NCBI GenBank assembly: GCA_030523305.1
Contig: JAUNIY010000002.1
Span: 2 to 64,001 of the forward strand
Direction of reading: 5' to 3'
DNA length: 64,000 nt
From: Eubacteriales bacterium
Lineage (GTDB): Bacteria > Bacillota > Clostridia > Oscillospirales > Butyricicoccaceae
The position numbers and the translations under genes are program-made. Positions 1-8,525 of the stretch are shown piece after piece (position 1 is the first letter of the stretch; each line of letters starts with the position of its first letter). Below the pieces are notes generated by a model. It did no database searches and was not told the origin of the DNA. It saw only the letters and a program-made list of their open reading frames with translations.

Positions 1-276
1 TAAAATCTGTACAAAATTCGGTATAAAATCACGACAATATGGACAGCTTTCACGCCCTACCAATAATATAAATCTATCGTTACAATCTACTTTTTTATTT
101 ATCTCTCTAACATCATATTCTTGAAATTTCTCTAAAGATTTTTCATAATTTTGAATAGAAATTCTTTCTTGTATACAATTCATTAAATATAATGCAGATA
201 CAAAAAATATTAAAATGAAAATGAAACACGATATGATTTTAAAAAAATTTTTGAATATTTGTTTTTTTACTTCCAC
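1..276 (-). CDS. Membrane-anchored thioredoxin-like protein, PedC/BrcD/Bta (bacteriocin accessory disulfide oxidoreductase) type; runs off the left edge
   Basis: Manual translation from GTG at 276 (RBS AAAGGAGG): MEVKKQIFKNFFKIISCFIFILIFFVSALYLMNCIQERISIQNYEKSLEKFQEYDVREINKKVDCNDRFILLVGRESCPYCRDFIPNFVQIL. Open to position 1, with an N-terminal hydrophobic helix and a GRxxCPYCxxFxP motif. Confidence 0.8.
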   Translation of the reverse strand, partial: MEVKKQIFKNFFKIISCFIFILIFFVSALYLMNCIQERISIQNYEKSLEKFQEYDVREINKKVDCNDRFILLVGRESCPYCRDFIPNFVQIL

Positions 277-305
277 TAAAATCCTCCTTTCTATCTGTTG
301 AACTC

Positions 306-334
306 ATAATATCACATGCAATATCATTTGTCAA
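306..334 (-). promoter_or_regulatory. sigmaA promoter for the thioredoxin-like gene
   Basis: TTGACA-17 nt-TATTAT on the minus strand. Confidence 0.75.
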
Positions 335-351
335 CAAATATTTTTATTTTT

Positions 352-390
352 CGAAAATAAATTCCCATTCCAAATCAATGGAACGGGAAT
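352..390 (-). terminator. Intrinsic terminator after the secreted-protein gene
   Basis: ATTCCC(g/a)TTCC...GGAA(c/t)GGGAAT inverted repeat followed by a T-rich run on the minus strand. Confidence 0.65.
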
Positions 391-403
391 TACGCAAGCT
401 ATA

Positions 404-853
404 TTATGAAATTGTACCTGTCTTACTGCATGTAATCGTTAATTTTGCCGTTTTTGATGTACTGGAATTACTGAATGTTGCATTTCCATACGCCGTATTT
501 CCTGAGCAATAATATTTGTCTGATTTTTTAGACCAGTTTCCACGCACAACATTGTATTTTGTCGAACATGAGACTGCCTTTGATGTGCTTCCACCGTACT
601 GGAAATACCCTGTCAACGTATAAGTAAACAAAATCTGTCCTGAATTATTTTTATAAGTAAATGTTTTTGTCCCACTTTTTGTATTGGATCGCGTCAGTGT
701 ATCATTTTCTGTTAGTGTAATTTCCGCATAGGTTCCATCCTCATATTGAATGATTTCCTGAACAGTCTCCGCCGCTAATGCATTTCCAGCATACAGACAA
801 ACGCACAAAATCATCCATGACAACACCATAAGTTTTCCAGTTAGTCTTTTCAT
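404..853 (-). CDS. Secreted Ser/Thr/Gly-rich hypothetical protein (predicted beta-rich, 3 Cys in the mature part)
   Basis: Sec-type signal peptide MKRLTGKLMVLSWMILCVCLYAGNALA-A; ATGA overlap with the upstream gene (translational coupling). Confidence 0.8.
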   Translation of the reverse strand: MKRLTGKLMVLSWMILCVCLYAGNALAAETVQEIIQYEDGTYAEITLTENDTLTRSNTKSGTKTFTYKNNSGQILFTYTLTGYFQYGGSTSKAVSCSTKYNVVRGNWSKKSDKYYCSGNTAYGNATFSNSSTSKTAKLTITCSKTGTIS

Positions 854-1383
854 TTTTCTTCCTCCTCAATGAAATATTTCTCTTTATCCAACGGAATACC
901 CTTTTCATCCACTGCAATTTCATTCCCATCATTGTCGGTTGCGCGAACAATAATTCCCTTCTCATCATATTCGTAATTGATACCATATTTGACAGCATAG
1001 TCCCAATATGATGGGAGGCTCTCTGTATAATCAATCACGGTTGTAATCTCTTCCGTATACGGATTTTGAATAAAATACGCCACGGCCGCACAAGCGCCGA
1101 TTGCCACCGCCAAGCAAACGGCAGCCACCGCTGTATACACTTTCTTTTGGTTTTCGCGCGCTTGGTATTTTTCTACTTCGGTTATATCGTACATGAGCTC
1201 CGCCGCCATATGCTCAGGACTGCCCAGAGCCTCAGCGATTTGCTCATATGTAGCTTGTTCGTTGTCGTTCAAATACATTTGGACAATATTCATCAAATCC
1301 TGGTTTTTTTGTTCTTTTTGATCATTTGTGAGATTCAGTAATGTCTCCACATCTTTGATATATAGCGTCCCATTTTGATTCAT
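850..1383 (-). CDS. Single-pass membrane protein with a DUF6120/HAAS-like N-terminal domain
   Basis: Start moved to MNQNG at 1383 (RBS AAAGGGGAG). YIKDV...TYEQIAEALGSPEHMAAE motif, TM helix VYTAVAAVCLAVAIGACAAVAYFI, acidic C-terminal domain. Confidence 0.7.
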   Translation of the reverse strand: MNQNGTLYIKDVETLLNLTNDQKEQKNQDLMNIVQMYLNDNEQATYEQIAEALGSPEHMAAELMYDITEVEKYQARENQKKVYTAVAAVCLAVAIGACAAVAYFIQNPYTEEITTVIDYTESLPSYWDYAVKYGINYEYDEKGIIVRATDNDGNEIAVDEKGIPLDKEKYFIEEEEK

Positions 1384-1584
1384 GTTTTCCGTCTCCCCTT
1401 TCCATTGCAAAATCACATGGATTCCGCCGGTATATTCCAATCATATTGCACAATTTTTGCAAATATATCCTCTTGGTAACACTCTAACATTTGTTCCGCC
1501 AATACTTTGCCGACGCAAACTATTCTATAAAACTAAGTTACCATATTTTCACAGACTTGTCAATATTGAATATTATGAGGCAAC

Positions 1585-1622
1585 AAAAAAATTCCGCAGC
1601 AACAGATACTGCGGAATTTTTA
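1585..1622. terminator. Bidirectional-looking intrinsic terminator after padR
   Basis: AAAAAAATTCCGCAG-caacagata-CTGCGGAATTTTT. Confidence 0.75.
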
Positions 1623-1729
1623 TTTCAAATCATACACCCAAACGCATCTCCGTCATGAATCACATCAGTCAACAGAAAATATCTCTCTTTGCCAGGTCCC
1701 CCGAGCTTCCAAGCACGTTTCAACAGTCC

Positions 1730-2251
1730 TCATACGATGCATCCAGCCAGCCGTCCAGAAAATTCCGGATTGTCCTGATCTTCATCATCCGTTGTTGTTT
1801 CATTCAGCTGCACGTTCGCCGGCTTTTTATCTGACTGCTGTACTTCTGCGTGTTGGGACTTTTTTTCTTGTCCTCCTCTTGATGCTAGAATCGTATTGAC
1901 GCCGCCAGTAAACTGTTCAAACACGTTACATAGCTCTGTCAAATAGGCCTTGCCTTTTTTTGTAATGCCATAGTACTGCCGTTTCCTACCGTCCGGCGCG
2001 ATTCTCTTTTTTAATTCCTCAATGTAATCGAATTTTTCCATGCGGTAAATGACGGAATACGGAAAAACAATACGGAATCTGCCATCGCTCCGCTTTTCCA
2101 GTTCTTCCGGGATTTCACCGATATACATTTCCCGCTCGCTGAGCAAAAACAGCACCAACATTTCTGCAACCGCTTTTTTCATGTTTTCTTCCATTCCGAC
2201 AGCCGAGCCGCTGCGCTCCGGCGTAGCCAATGGATGTGGTTTTCGTCCCAT
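1730..2251 (-). CDS. PadR-family transcriptional regulator with an acidic C-terminal tail
   Basis: MLVLFLLSEREMYIGEI...YSVIYRMEKFDYI...RKRQYYGITKKGKAYL winged-helix signature; RBS AAGGAGG; TTGATT-17-TATACT upstream. Confidence 0.88.
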   Translation of the reverse strand: MGRKPHPLATPERSGSAVGMEENMKKAVAEMLVLFLLSEREMYIGEIPEELEKRSDGRFRIVFPYSVIYRMEKFDYIEELKKRIAPDGRKRQYYGITKKGKAYLTELCNVFEQFTGGVNTILASRGGQEKKSQHAEVQQSDKKPANVQLNETTTDDEDQDNPEFSGRLAGCIV

Positions 2252-2343
2252 GAGACATCCCTCCTTTTTTCTTCTAGTATATATGAATTTTCAAAATAAA
2301 TCAACCATAAAAAAATTATTTCACCAAAAAACCAAAAATTTAT

Positions 2344-2380
2344 AAAAAATCCCTTGCCCATCACACAGACAGGCAAGGGA
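2344..2380 (-). terminator. Terminator of ilvD
   Basis: TCCCTTGCC/GGCAAGGGA stem followed by a T-run on the minus strand. Confidence 0.7.
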
Positions 2381-2400
2381 ATCCACATGTACGATACGAT

Positions 2401-4065
2401 TTAATTGAGCACTGCACCCTTATTGGCCGAAGTGACCAGGCGTGCATAACGCGCAAGCCAACCGGACTTGACCTTCGGCTCATGCGGCACGAAGTTCTCC
2501 CGCCGTCTTGCAAATTCCTCGTCGGAAACCTTTGCATTGACCGTATGGTTCGGGATATCAATCTCAATGATATCGCCTTCCTGCAACAGCCCGATTTCTC
2601 CGCCCATCGCAGCTTCCGGGCAGACATGTCCGATGGATGCGCCGCGGGATGCGCCGGAGAAACGTCCGTCGGTAATCAGCGCAACGTCCTTATCCAGCTT
2701 CATACCAGCCAGCGCAGAGGTCGGGTTGAGCATTTCGCGCATGCCCGGTCCGCCCTTCGGGCCTTCATAGCGGATGATGACAACATCACCCGGGACAATT
2801 CTCCCGTTATAGATCGCGTCAATCGCTTCCTCTTCGCTGTCAAAGACACGCGCTGGACCAGAATGCTTCATCATTTCCGGTGCAACTGCGCTCTGCTTGA
2901 CCGCACAGCCTTCCTTGGCAATATTACCCCACAGGATGGCAATGCCGCCGGTCTGCATGTACGGGTTGTCAATCGGGCGGATGACCTCCGGATTTCTGTT
3001 GAAGCTGTTTGCGATATTCTCGCCAACCTTTTTGCCGGTCGCCGTGATGGTGTCCAGCTCAATCAGGTCTTTCTTGGACAGCTCATTCATCACCGCATAG
3101 ATACCGCCTGCTTCGTTCAGCTCCTGAATATAGGTGCGGCCTGCCGGCGCCAGATGACACAGGTTTGGAGTTTGTGCGGAAATCTGGTTCATGGTTTCCA
3201 GGTCGAAATCCAAGCCTGCTTCATGCGCAATCGCCAACAGATGCAGCACCGTATTGGTCGAGCAGCCCAATGCCATCTCGCATTCCAGTGCATTGTGGAT
3301 TGCCTTCTGATTGATGATATCGCGCGGCTTGATGTCCTTCTCCAACAGCTCCATGATCTTCATGCCGGCATGCTTTGCCAGCTGGATGCGGTCGGAATGG
3401 ACGGCCGGAATGGTGCCGTTGCCTGGAAGCGCCATACCGATCGCTTCACACAGGCAGTTCATCGAATTGGCTGTGTACATACCGGAGCAAGAGCCGCAGC
3501 CCGGACAAGAATGGCACTCGACATCCGTAATTTCTTCATCGGTAATCAGGTTTGCCTTGCGTGCGCCAACGGCTTCAAATGTATATGACAGGGAAACGTT
3601 TTCCCCACGGAAATGTCCGGCAAGCATCGGTCCGCCAGAAATGACAATGGACGGGATGTTGATGCGGGCCGCAGCCATAACCATGCCCGGAACAATTTTG
3701 TCGCAGTTCGGGATGAGCACCAGCGCGTCAAACTGATGTGCCTGTGCCAGCGTTTCCACAGAATCCGCAATCAATTCACGGGACGGCAGCGAATATTTCA
3801 TGCCCATATGGCCCATCGCAATGCCATCGCATACGCCGATTGCCGGTACCAGGATCGGCGTACCACCCGCCATGCTGACACCTGTTTTGACAGCCGCCGC
3901 GATTTTATCCAGATTGATATGCCCCGGAATGATTTCACTATAAGCGGAAACAACGCCGATAATTGGGCGGCTCATTTCCTCCTCGGTCAGGCCGCATGCG
4001 CGCAGCAGCGACCGATTTGGAACACGTTCGACACCCTTTGTGATATTATGACTTCTTAATTCCAT
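2401..4065 (-). CDS. ilvD: Dihydroxy-acid dehydratase
   Basis: [31 protein letters not shown] motifs; start MELRS with GGAGG RBS. Confidence 0.97.
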   Translation of the reverse strand: MELRSHNITKGVERVPNRSLLRACGLTEEEMSRPIIGVVSAYSEIIPGHINLDKIAAAVKTGVSMAGGTPILVPAIGVCDGIAMGHMGMKYSLPSRELIADSVETLAQAHQFDALVLIPNCDKIVPGMVMAAARINIPSIVISGGPMLAGHFRGENVSLSYTFEAVGARKANLITDEEITDVECHSCPGCGSCSGMYTANSMNCLCEAIGMALPGNGTIPAVHSDRIQLAKHAGMKIMELLEKDIKPRDIINQKAIHNALECEMALGCSTNTVLHLLAIAHEAGLDFDLETMNQISAQTPNLCHLAPAGRTYIQELNEAGGIYAVMNELSKKDLIELDTITATGKKVGENIANSFNRNPEVIRPIDNPYMQTGGIAILWGNIAKEGCAVKQSAVAPEMMKHSGPARVFDSEEEAIDAIYNGRIVPGDVVIIRYEGPKGGPGMREMLNPTSALAGMKLDKDVALITDGRFSGASRGASIGHVCPEAAMGGEIGLLQEGDIIEIDIPNHTVNAKVSDEEFARRRENFVPHEPKVKSGWLARYARLVTSANKGAVLN

Positions 4066-4207
4066 AAAAATACCTCCAAATGCGGTACCATGCCGCAAAA
4101 AAGAAAAACGAGGGGACGGAGACTTTGCCCCATCCCCGTTCTGTTCTTCTATATGGACTTGCCTTATTTATTATAATTATAAAAGAATATATCGGACAAA
4201 TCAACGG

Positions 4208-4699
4208 TCATTTGCCGTCTTTTTTATCCTTATGCACCGCCGTAATGCCAGTGCGGCTGGATTCCACGACATGGAAGCTGTCGATGATAGACAGGAACGT
4301 GTCGATCTTGGACGGCGCGCCGCTCACCCGGACAATGATGGATTCCTTGCTCGAATCGACAACTTCTGCCTGGTACAGCGCGCATACCTCGCGGACACTC
4401 TCGCGCTCTGCCTCATCTCCCGCAATCTTAATCAGCGCCAGCTCGCGGCAGAATGCCTCCTCTTCGTCAATATGCGATACTTCGATACATTCCTCCAGCT
4501 TACGTACCTGCTTCAGTACCTGCTCCAGCGTATATTCGTCGCCCAGTACGACAATCGTAATACGGGATACGGTGCGATCCACCGTCGGGGAAACCGTGAG
4601 TGAATCAATATTGAAGCCGCGGCGGCCAAACAAGCTGGAAACACGCGCCAGCACGCCGGCATTGTTCTGCACAAGGGCAGAAATAATATACTTTTCCAT
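4208..4699 (-). CDS. ilvN: Acetolactate synthase small (regulatory) subunit
   Basis: ACT domain LVQNNAGVLARVSSLFGRRGFNIDSL; C-terminal SRTG; start MEKYI with RBS GAGGAG. Confidence 0.95.
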   Translation of the reverse strand: MEKYIISALVQNNAGVLARVSSLFGRRGFNIDSLTVSPTVDRTVSRITIVVLGDEYTLEQVLKQVRKLEECIEVSHIDEEEAFCRELALIKIAGDEAERESVREVCALYQAEVVDSSKESIIVRVSGAPSKIDTFLSIIDSFHVVESSRTGITAVHKDKKDGK

Positions 4700-4712
4700 A
4701 TTTTTCTCCTCG

Positions 4713-6377
4713 TCAGTCCAGAATAACATTGCGTACCGTCTCCCCGCCCGGGATAAACGGAAGTACGCGTTCTTCTTTATCAATGCGCGCGTCGATCAAA
4801 ACCGGGCCATCCGCTTCCAGCGCTTCCTTCATACATGCTTCAAACCCTGCCAGCGTATCGCAGCGCAGCCCCTTCGCGCCAAATGCCTCCGCCAGCTTGA
4901 CAAAATCCGTCTTGCGGTGCGGATCCGTGTTAGAATACCGTTTGCCATAGAACGAGGTTTGCCACTGATATACCATGCCGAGGACACTGTTGTTGACAAC
5001 AATGGTGATAACCGGCAGGTTGTTGCTGACAGCTGTGCACATTTCCTGTAAATTCATATGGAAGCTGCCGTCGCCCGTGACATGTACAACGCGCTTATTC
5101 GGCTGTCCAACCTGCGCGCCGATGGCTGCGCCATAGCCGTAGCCCATGGTGCCCAGGCCGCCGGAAGTCAAGAATGTCCGCGGTTTGCGGCGGCCGGTAA
5201 ACTGTGCCGCCCACATCTGATGCTGACCAACGTCGGTTGCGACAATGTCGTCCGCACCCAACAGTTCGTTGATTTTCCGCATCAACTGATGCGGACGCAG
5301 TACAGCATCGTTGTCCTTCGGCTTGTAATCCATACGCGTCTTCCAGGTTTCAATCTGTTCTCTCCACGCGGTATGCTCCGTGCGGTCAACCAATGGCATC
5401 AGCGCTTCGAGCACATCGTATGCATCGCCGATAACGCTATGTACAACCTCGATATTCTTGTTGACCTCAGACGGGTCGATATCAACCTGTACGACTTTTG
5501 CACGCGATGCAAAATCACCCATCTTGGTTGCAACACGGTCCGAAAACCGCGTGCCAAGCGCGATAACAAGATCTGCCTTATCTACTGCCCTGCCCGCGGA
5601 AACCCAGCCGTGCATACCGATCAAACCCAGATTCAGCGGGTCTGCCGGGTCAAGTGCGCCAATGCCCATCAGGGAATGGCAGGCCGGCATATCGGTACGA
5701 TGGATAAACTGGTACAGCAGCTCAGAAGCATTGGAGGACATCACGCCGCCGCCAAACAGGATCACCGGGCGTTCGCTTTCGTTAATCATCTCCGCCATCT
5801 TCTTGAGCTGATCGTGCTGGATCGGCGGCTTGGGACGCGGCTGTACTGCCGGTTTGTGTTCAAATTCACAGACAGAAGCTGTGACATCCTTCGGGATATC
5901 AATCAAAACCGGGCCGGGGCGGTCGCTCATGGCGATCTCATATGCCTTCCGGATGGTATCTGCCAGCTCGTTTACATCGCGGACAACAAAGTTGTGCTTT
6001 GTGATCGGCATGGTGACGCCGGCAATATAAATTTCCTGGAAGCTGTCGCGTCCGATCAAGCTGGTTCCAACATTCGCTGTAATCGCAATCATTGGGATAG
6101 AATCCATAAATGCGGTTGCAATGCCGGTGACCAAATTGGTTGCGCCCGGGCCGGACGTTGCGAGGCAGACACCGACCTTGCCGGTAGCGCGCGCATAGCC
6201 GTCTGCCGCATGGGCTGCGCCCTGTTCGTGCGCAGTCAGGACATGACGCATGCGATCAGCATACTTATAGAGTTCATCATAGATGTTGAGGGCTGCGCCG
6301 CCGGGATAACCAAAGATCGTATCGGTTCCCTGCTCCAGAAGTGTCTCAATCACAATCTGCGAACCATTGAGTTTCAT
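4713..6377 (-). CDS. ilvB: Acetolactate synthase large subunit
   Basis: FGYPGGA, HEQGA, TSGPGATN, DVGQHQMWAAQ, GDGSFHMN (TPP motif); start MKLNGSQ. Confidence 0.97.
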   Translation of the reverse strand: MKLNGSQIVIETLLEQGTDTIFGYPGGAALNIYDELYKYADRMRHVLTAHEQGAAHAADGYARATGKVGVCLATSGPGATNLVTGIATAFMDSIPMIAITANVGTSLIGRDSFQEIYIAGVTMPITKHNFVVRDVNELADTIRKAYEIAMSDRPGPVLIDIPKDVTASVCEFEHKPAVQPRPKPPIQHDQLKKMAEMINESERPVILFGGGVMSSNASELLYQFIHRTDMPACHSLMGIGALDPADPLNLGLIGMHGWVSAGRAVDKADLVIALGTRFSDRVATKMGDFASRAKVVQVDIDPSEVNKNIEVVHSVIGDAYDVLEALMPLVDRTEHTAWREQIETWKTRMDYKPKDNDAVLRPHQLMRKINELLGADDIVATDVGQHQMWAAQFTGRRKPRTFLTSGGLGTMGYGYGAAIGAQVGQPNKRVVHVTGDGSFHMNLQEMCTAVSNNLPVITIVVNNSVLGMVYQWQTSFYGKRYSNTDPHRKTDFVKLAEAFGAKGLRCDTLAGFEACMKEALEADGPVLIDARIDKEERVLPFIPGGETVRNVILD

Positions 6378-6444
6378 AGCAATCTCTCCTGCATTGTTTT
6401 TTCGTATACATAGCACGGCGCAATGGAAGCCTGCAATTGCGCCT

Positions 6445-6725
6445 AAATAAAATAAAAAGCCCTTATCTCCATAGAAAAAGAGACAAAGACTATGCTCTGC
6501 GGTACCACTCTTATTGCCGCCGCAAACGGCGACCACTCATGCATCGGCGCAGGCTTCTGCGCGTAATGCTTGCCTGTTAACGGGGGCGCAACCGATTCAA
6601 GTTACTGGCAAACGCCTGTTCACCTGAACTGCTCGCGGACGACGTTCACTTCTTCTCCCTTATTGCCTCACACCAAACGGCAACTCTCTGAAAGTTTGAA
6701 CAAGCTACTCTTTCCGGTCTTTGCA
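6445..6725 (-). promoter_or_regulatory. T-box riboswitch, probable Val (GUC) specifier, with terminator
   Basis: Minus strand shows AAAAGAGTAG (GA/loop E), CAGAGAG (AG box), GGTGTGAG (GNUG), GAAC-GTC-G (specifier at 6641-6643) and the T-box AAGAGTGGTACCGCAG. Terminator GTCTTTGTCTC/GAGATAAGGGC plus T-run. Confidence 0.9.
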
Positions 6726-6745
6726 TTTATATATTTATATTATTC

Positions 6746-6773
6746 ATTATATCTTTAAAATGAAAAATGTCAA
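6746..6773 (-). promoter_or_regulatory. sigmaA promoter of the T-box-ilvBN transcript
   Basis: TTGACA-16 nt-TATAAT. Confidence 0.85.
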
Positions 6774-6822
6774 TACAATTTTGTTGCCCTCGCTATTTTT
6801 TTTGGCTTTTCCAGAAGATTTT

Positions 6823-6852
6823 GTATCATTTGTCTATCGGCCGGGAAGACTG
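6823..6852 (+). promoter_or_regulatory. sigmaF-type (forespore) promoter
   Basis: GTATC-15 nt-GGGAAGACTG versus consensus GYATA-15-GGnnAnAHTR. Confidence 0.6.
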
Positions 6853-6880
6853 ATAGCATAATGATCCGGAGGTGGTTTTT

Positions 6881-7561
6881 TTGTTTCTGCTCTTCATACG
6901 GACCCTGCTGGTCTATGCTGCCGTCATCGGCGGCCTTCGTTTCACCGGAAAACGGCAGCTCGGTGAACTGTCCACCTCGGAATTTGCCGTTACCATATTG
7001 GTTTCCGAGCTGGCCTCCATCCCGCTGCAGGATACCGCCGTACCATTGCTCGGCGGCATCGTCCCCTTGGCTACCCTGCTCGCTGTGGAAGTCTTGTTGT
7101 CCTATCTGTGCCGCAAAAGCCGCCGGTTCCGCAAGCTGCTGTGCGGAAACCCCTGCATTGTCATTCGCGACGGGCAATTTGACCCTCAAATGCTGCGGCT
7201 GCTCCGCCTATCTCCCGAAGACATTCTTGACGGGCTGCGCATGGCAGGCGTCTCCAATATACAGGACGTCCGCTATGGCATCGTGGAAACCAATGGCCAA
7301 CTGAGCGTAATTTTACACGCCGACCGGCAGCCGATGACTCCCTCCGACTGCCTGCTGCATCCGAAGGAGGTTGGCCTGGCAACCATCCTGGTTTCCGAAG
7401 GAAAAATCCTACAATGCAATGCGCAGCAGCTCGGGAAGGATGAACAATGGATCCTGCAGCAGTGCCGTCGGCACGGGATCTCTTCATTGCAAGAAGTCTT
7501 TCTCATGACAGTAGACGACCAGGACAATCTGTTCCTGCAACGACAGGAGCGTGCTGTATGA
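6881..7561 (+). CDS. DUF421 (YetF-family) membrane protein
   Basis: LRFTGKRQLGELSTSEFAVTILVSELA, GIVETNGQLSV; TTG start after GGAGGT. Confidence 0.9.
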   Translation: MFLLFIRTLLVYAAVIGGLRFTGKRQLGELSTSEFAVTILVSELASIPLQDTAVPLLGGIVPLATLLAVEVLLSYLCRKSRRFRKLLCGNPCIVIRDGQFDPQMLRLLRLSPEDILDGLRMAGVSNIQDVRYGIVETNGQLSVILHADRQPMTPSDCLLHPKEVGLATILVSEGKILQCNAQQLGKDEQWILQQCRRHGISSLQEVFLMTVDDQDNLFLQRQERAV

Positions 7562-7938
7562 AGCGTTTTTGGACGGCGATCGCACTGTTATGCTGTGTCA
7601 TCGGCGGCGGTTGGTACAACCTACTCACCATTTCGGATACTGTAAGCAGCATTTCGAGCACATTGGCGCAAGCTACGCAACAGGTGCGTCTCGGAAATAC
7701 CGCAAATGCCGGTCTGCTGTTTGACCGGGCGCATACGCTATATGCAGGCAAAGAACAATATCTCTCCGCCGTAGTCAGCGAAAAGCTGCTGGATGAAGTA
7801 CGGCTAGGCTTTGCCCGCACAGAGCAGAGCATACAAAATGGAAACGCCGAAGACCTCACCATAGAACTGGCAGATCTTGGGCAAGCCGTGGACGATCTGC
7901 TTCGTTCCGAAGCTGTCAGCCTCAAAAATATCTTCTAA
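7558..7938 (+). CDS. DUF4363-like small secreted/membrane protein
   Basis: ATGA overlap with DUF421; N-terminal hydrophobic helix; C-terminal E..SLKNIF; this pairing with DUF421 is typical. Confidence 0.7.
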   Translation: MKRFWTAIALLCCVIGGGWYNLLTISDTVSSISSTLAQATQQVRLGNTANAGLLFDRAHTLYAGKEQYLSAVVSEKLLDEVRLGFARTEQSIQNGNAEDLTIELADLGQAVDDLLRSEAVSLKNIF

Positions 7939-7941
7939 AAC

Positions 7942-7979
7942 GGAAAAAGCCCGCGAATCGTCTGATTCTACGGGCTTTT
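7942..7979. terminator. Bidirectional terminator between convergent genes
   Basis: AAAAGCCCG..GAATC-gtct-GATTC..CGGGCTTTT. Confidence 0.7.
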
Positions 7980-7998
7980 ATGGTCAATGGTCAGGCCA

Positions 7999-8409
7999 TT
8001 ACAAATACTTCTTCATAACCTCGCTGGCAGAAGAAGCATCTGCGGAAAGCGCAATGGTGAACTCTACGCTATGCTTTGCAGAAAATTCATCCAGAGCCAG
8101 AATAAACTGATCCGCATCTTCCGGCTTATCATCGCATGCAACCTTATACAGGCTATCAATAAAGATCTTCGTGATGTCGTAATTGCCCGCATGAATGCCA
8201 GCTAAGAAGCCGAGCAAGGAAGCATAATCTGTCACATTATAATCCTGAACATTGATCAGGCGCGCCTTATGGGAAATATCGAAATTCAGCTTGTTCCCCT
8301 TGGCAATGCACACAACGGACCCCGGTTCGTTGACTGCCGCTTCGTTAACCAGATTGATGATATCCTTCGTCTTGCCGCTTCCGGCAGCTGCCATAATTAA
8401 TTTAACCAT
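7999..8409 (-). CDS. Small conserved P-loop (ATP-binding) hypothetical protein
   Basis: Walker A AAGSGKT at the N-terminus, Walker-B-like KIFIDS; RBS GGGAGG. Confidence 0.8.
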   Translation of the reverse strand: MVKLIMAAAGSGKTKDIINLVNEAAVNEPGSVVCIAKGNKLNFDISHKARLINVQDYNVTDYASLLGFLAGIHAGNYDITKIFIDSLYKVACDDKPEDADQFILALDEFSAKHSVEFTIALSADASSASEVMKKYL

Positions 8410-8525
8410 TTTTGATTTCCTCCCAATCTACTATGAGGTTGCTATTATCGTATCATAAATTATGAAAAAACACAACGGATTTTCAAAAGAAAAACCGAGC
8501 TTCTTTGTTAAGATTTACAAATTTT

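Noticed and set aside
4082-4090. Second T-box at ilvD (TGGTACCGC)
   Set aside because: No stem I/specifier region, and the word lies downstream of the terminator hairpin.
5058-6413. Long antisense ORFs over ilvB (similar ones over hemL 28376-29644, the oxidoreductases 51284-52420 and 62785-63885, and other cob genes)
   Set aside because: Codon-bias shadows of well-supported genes on the other strand.
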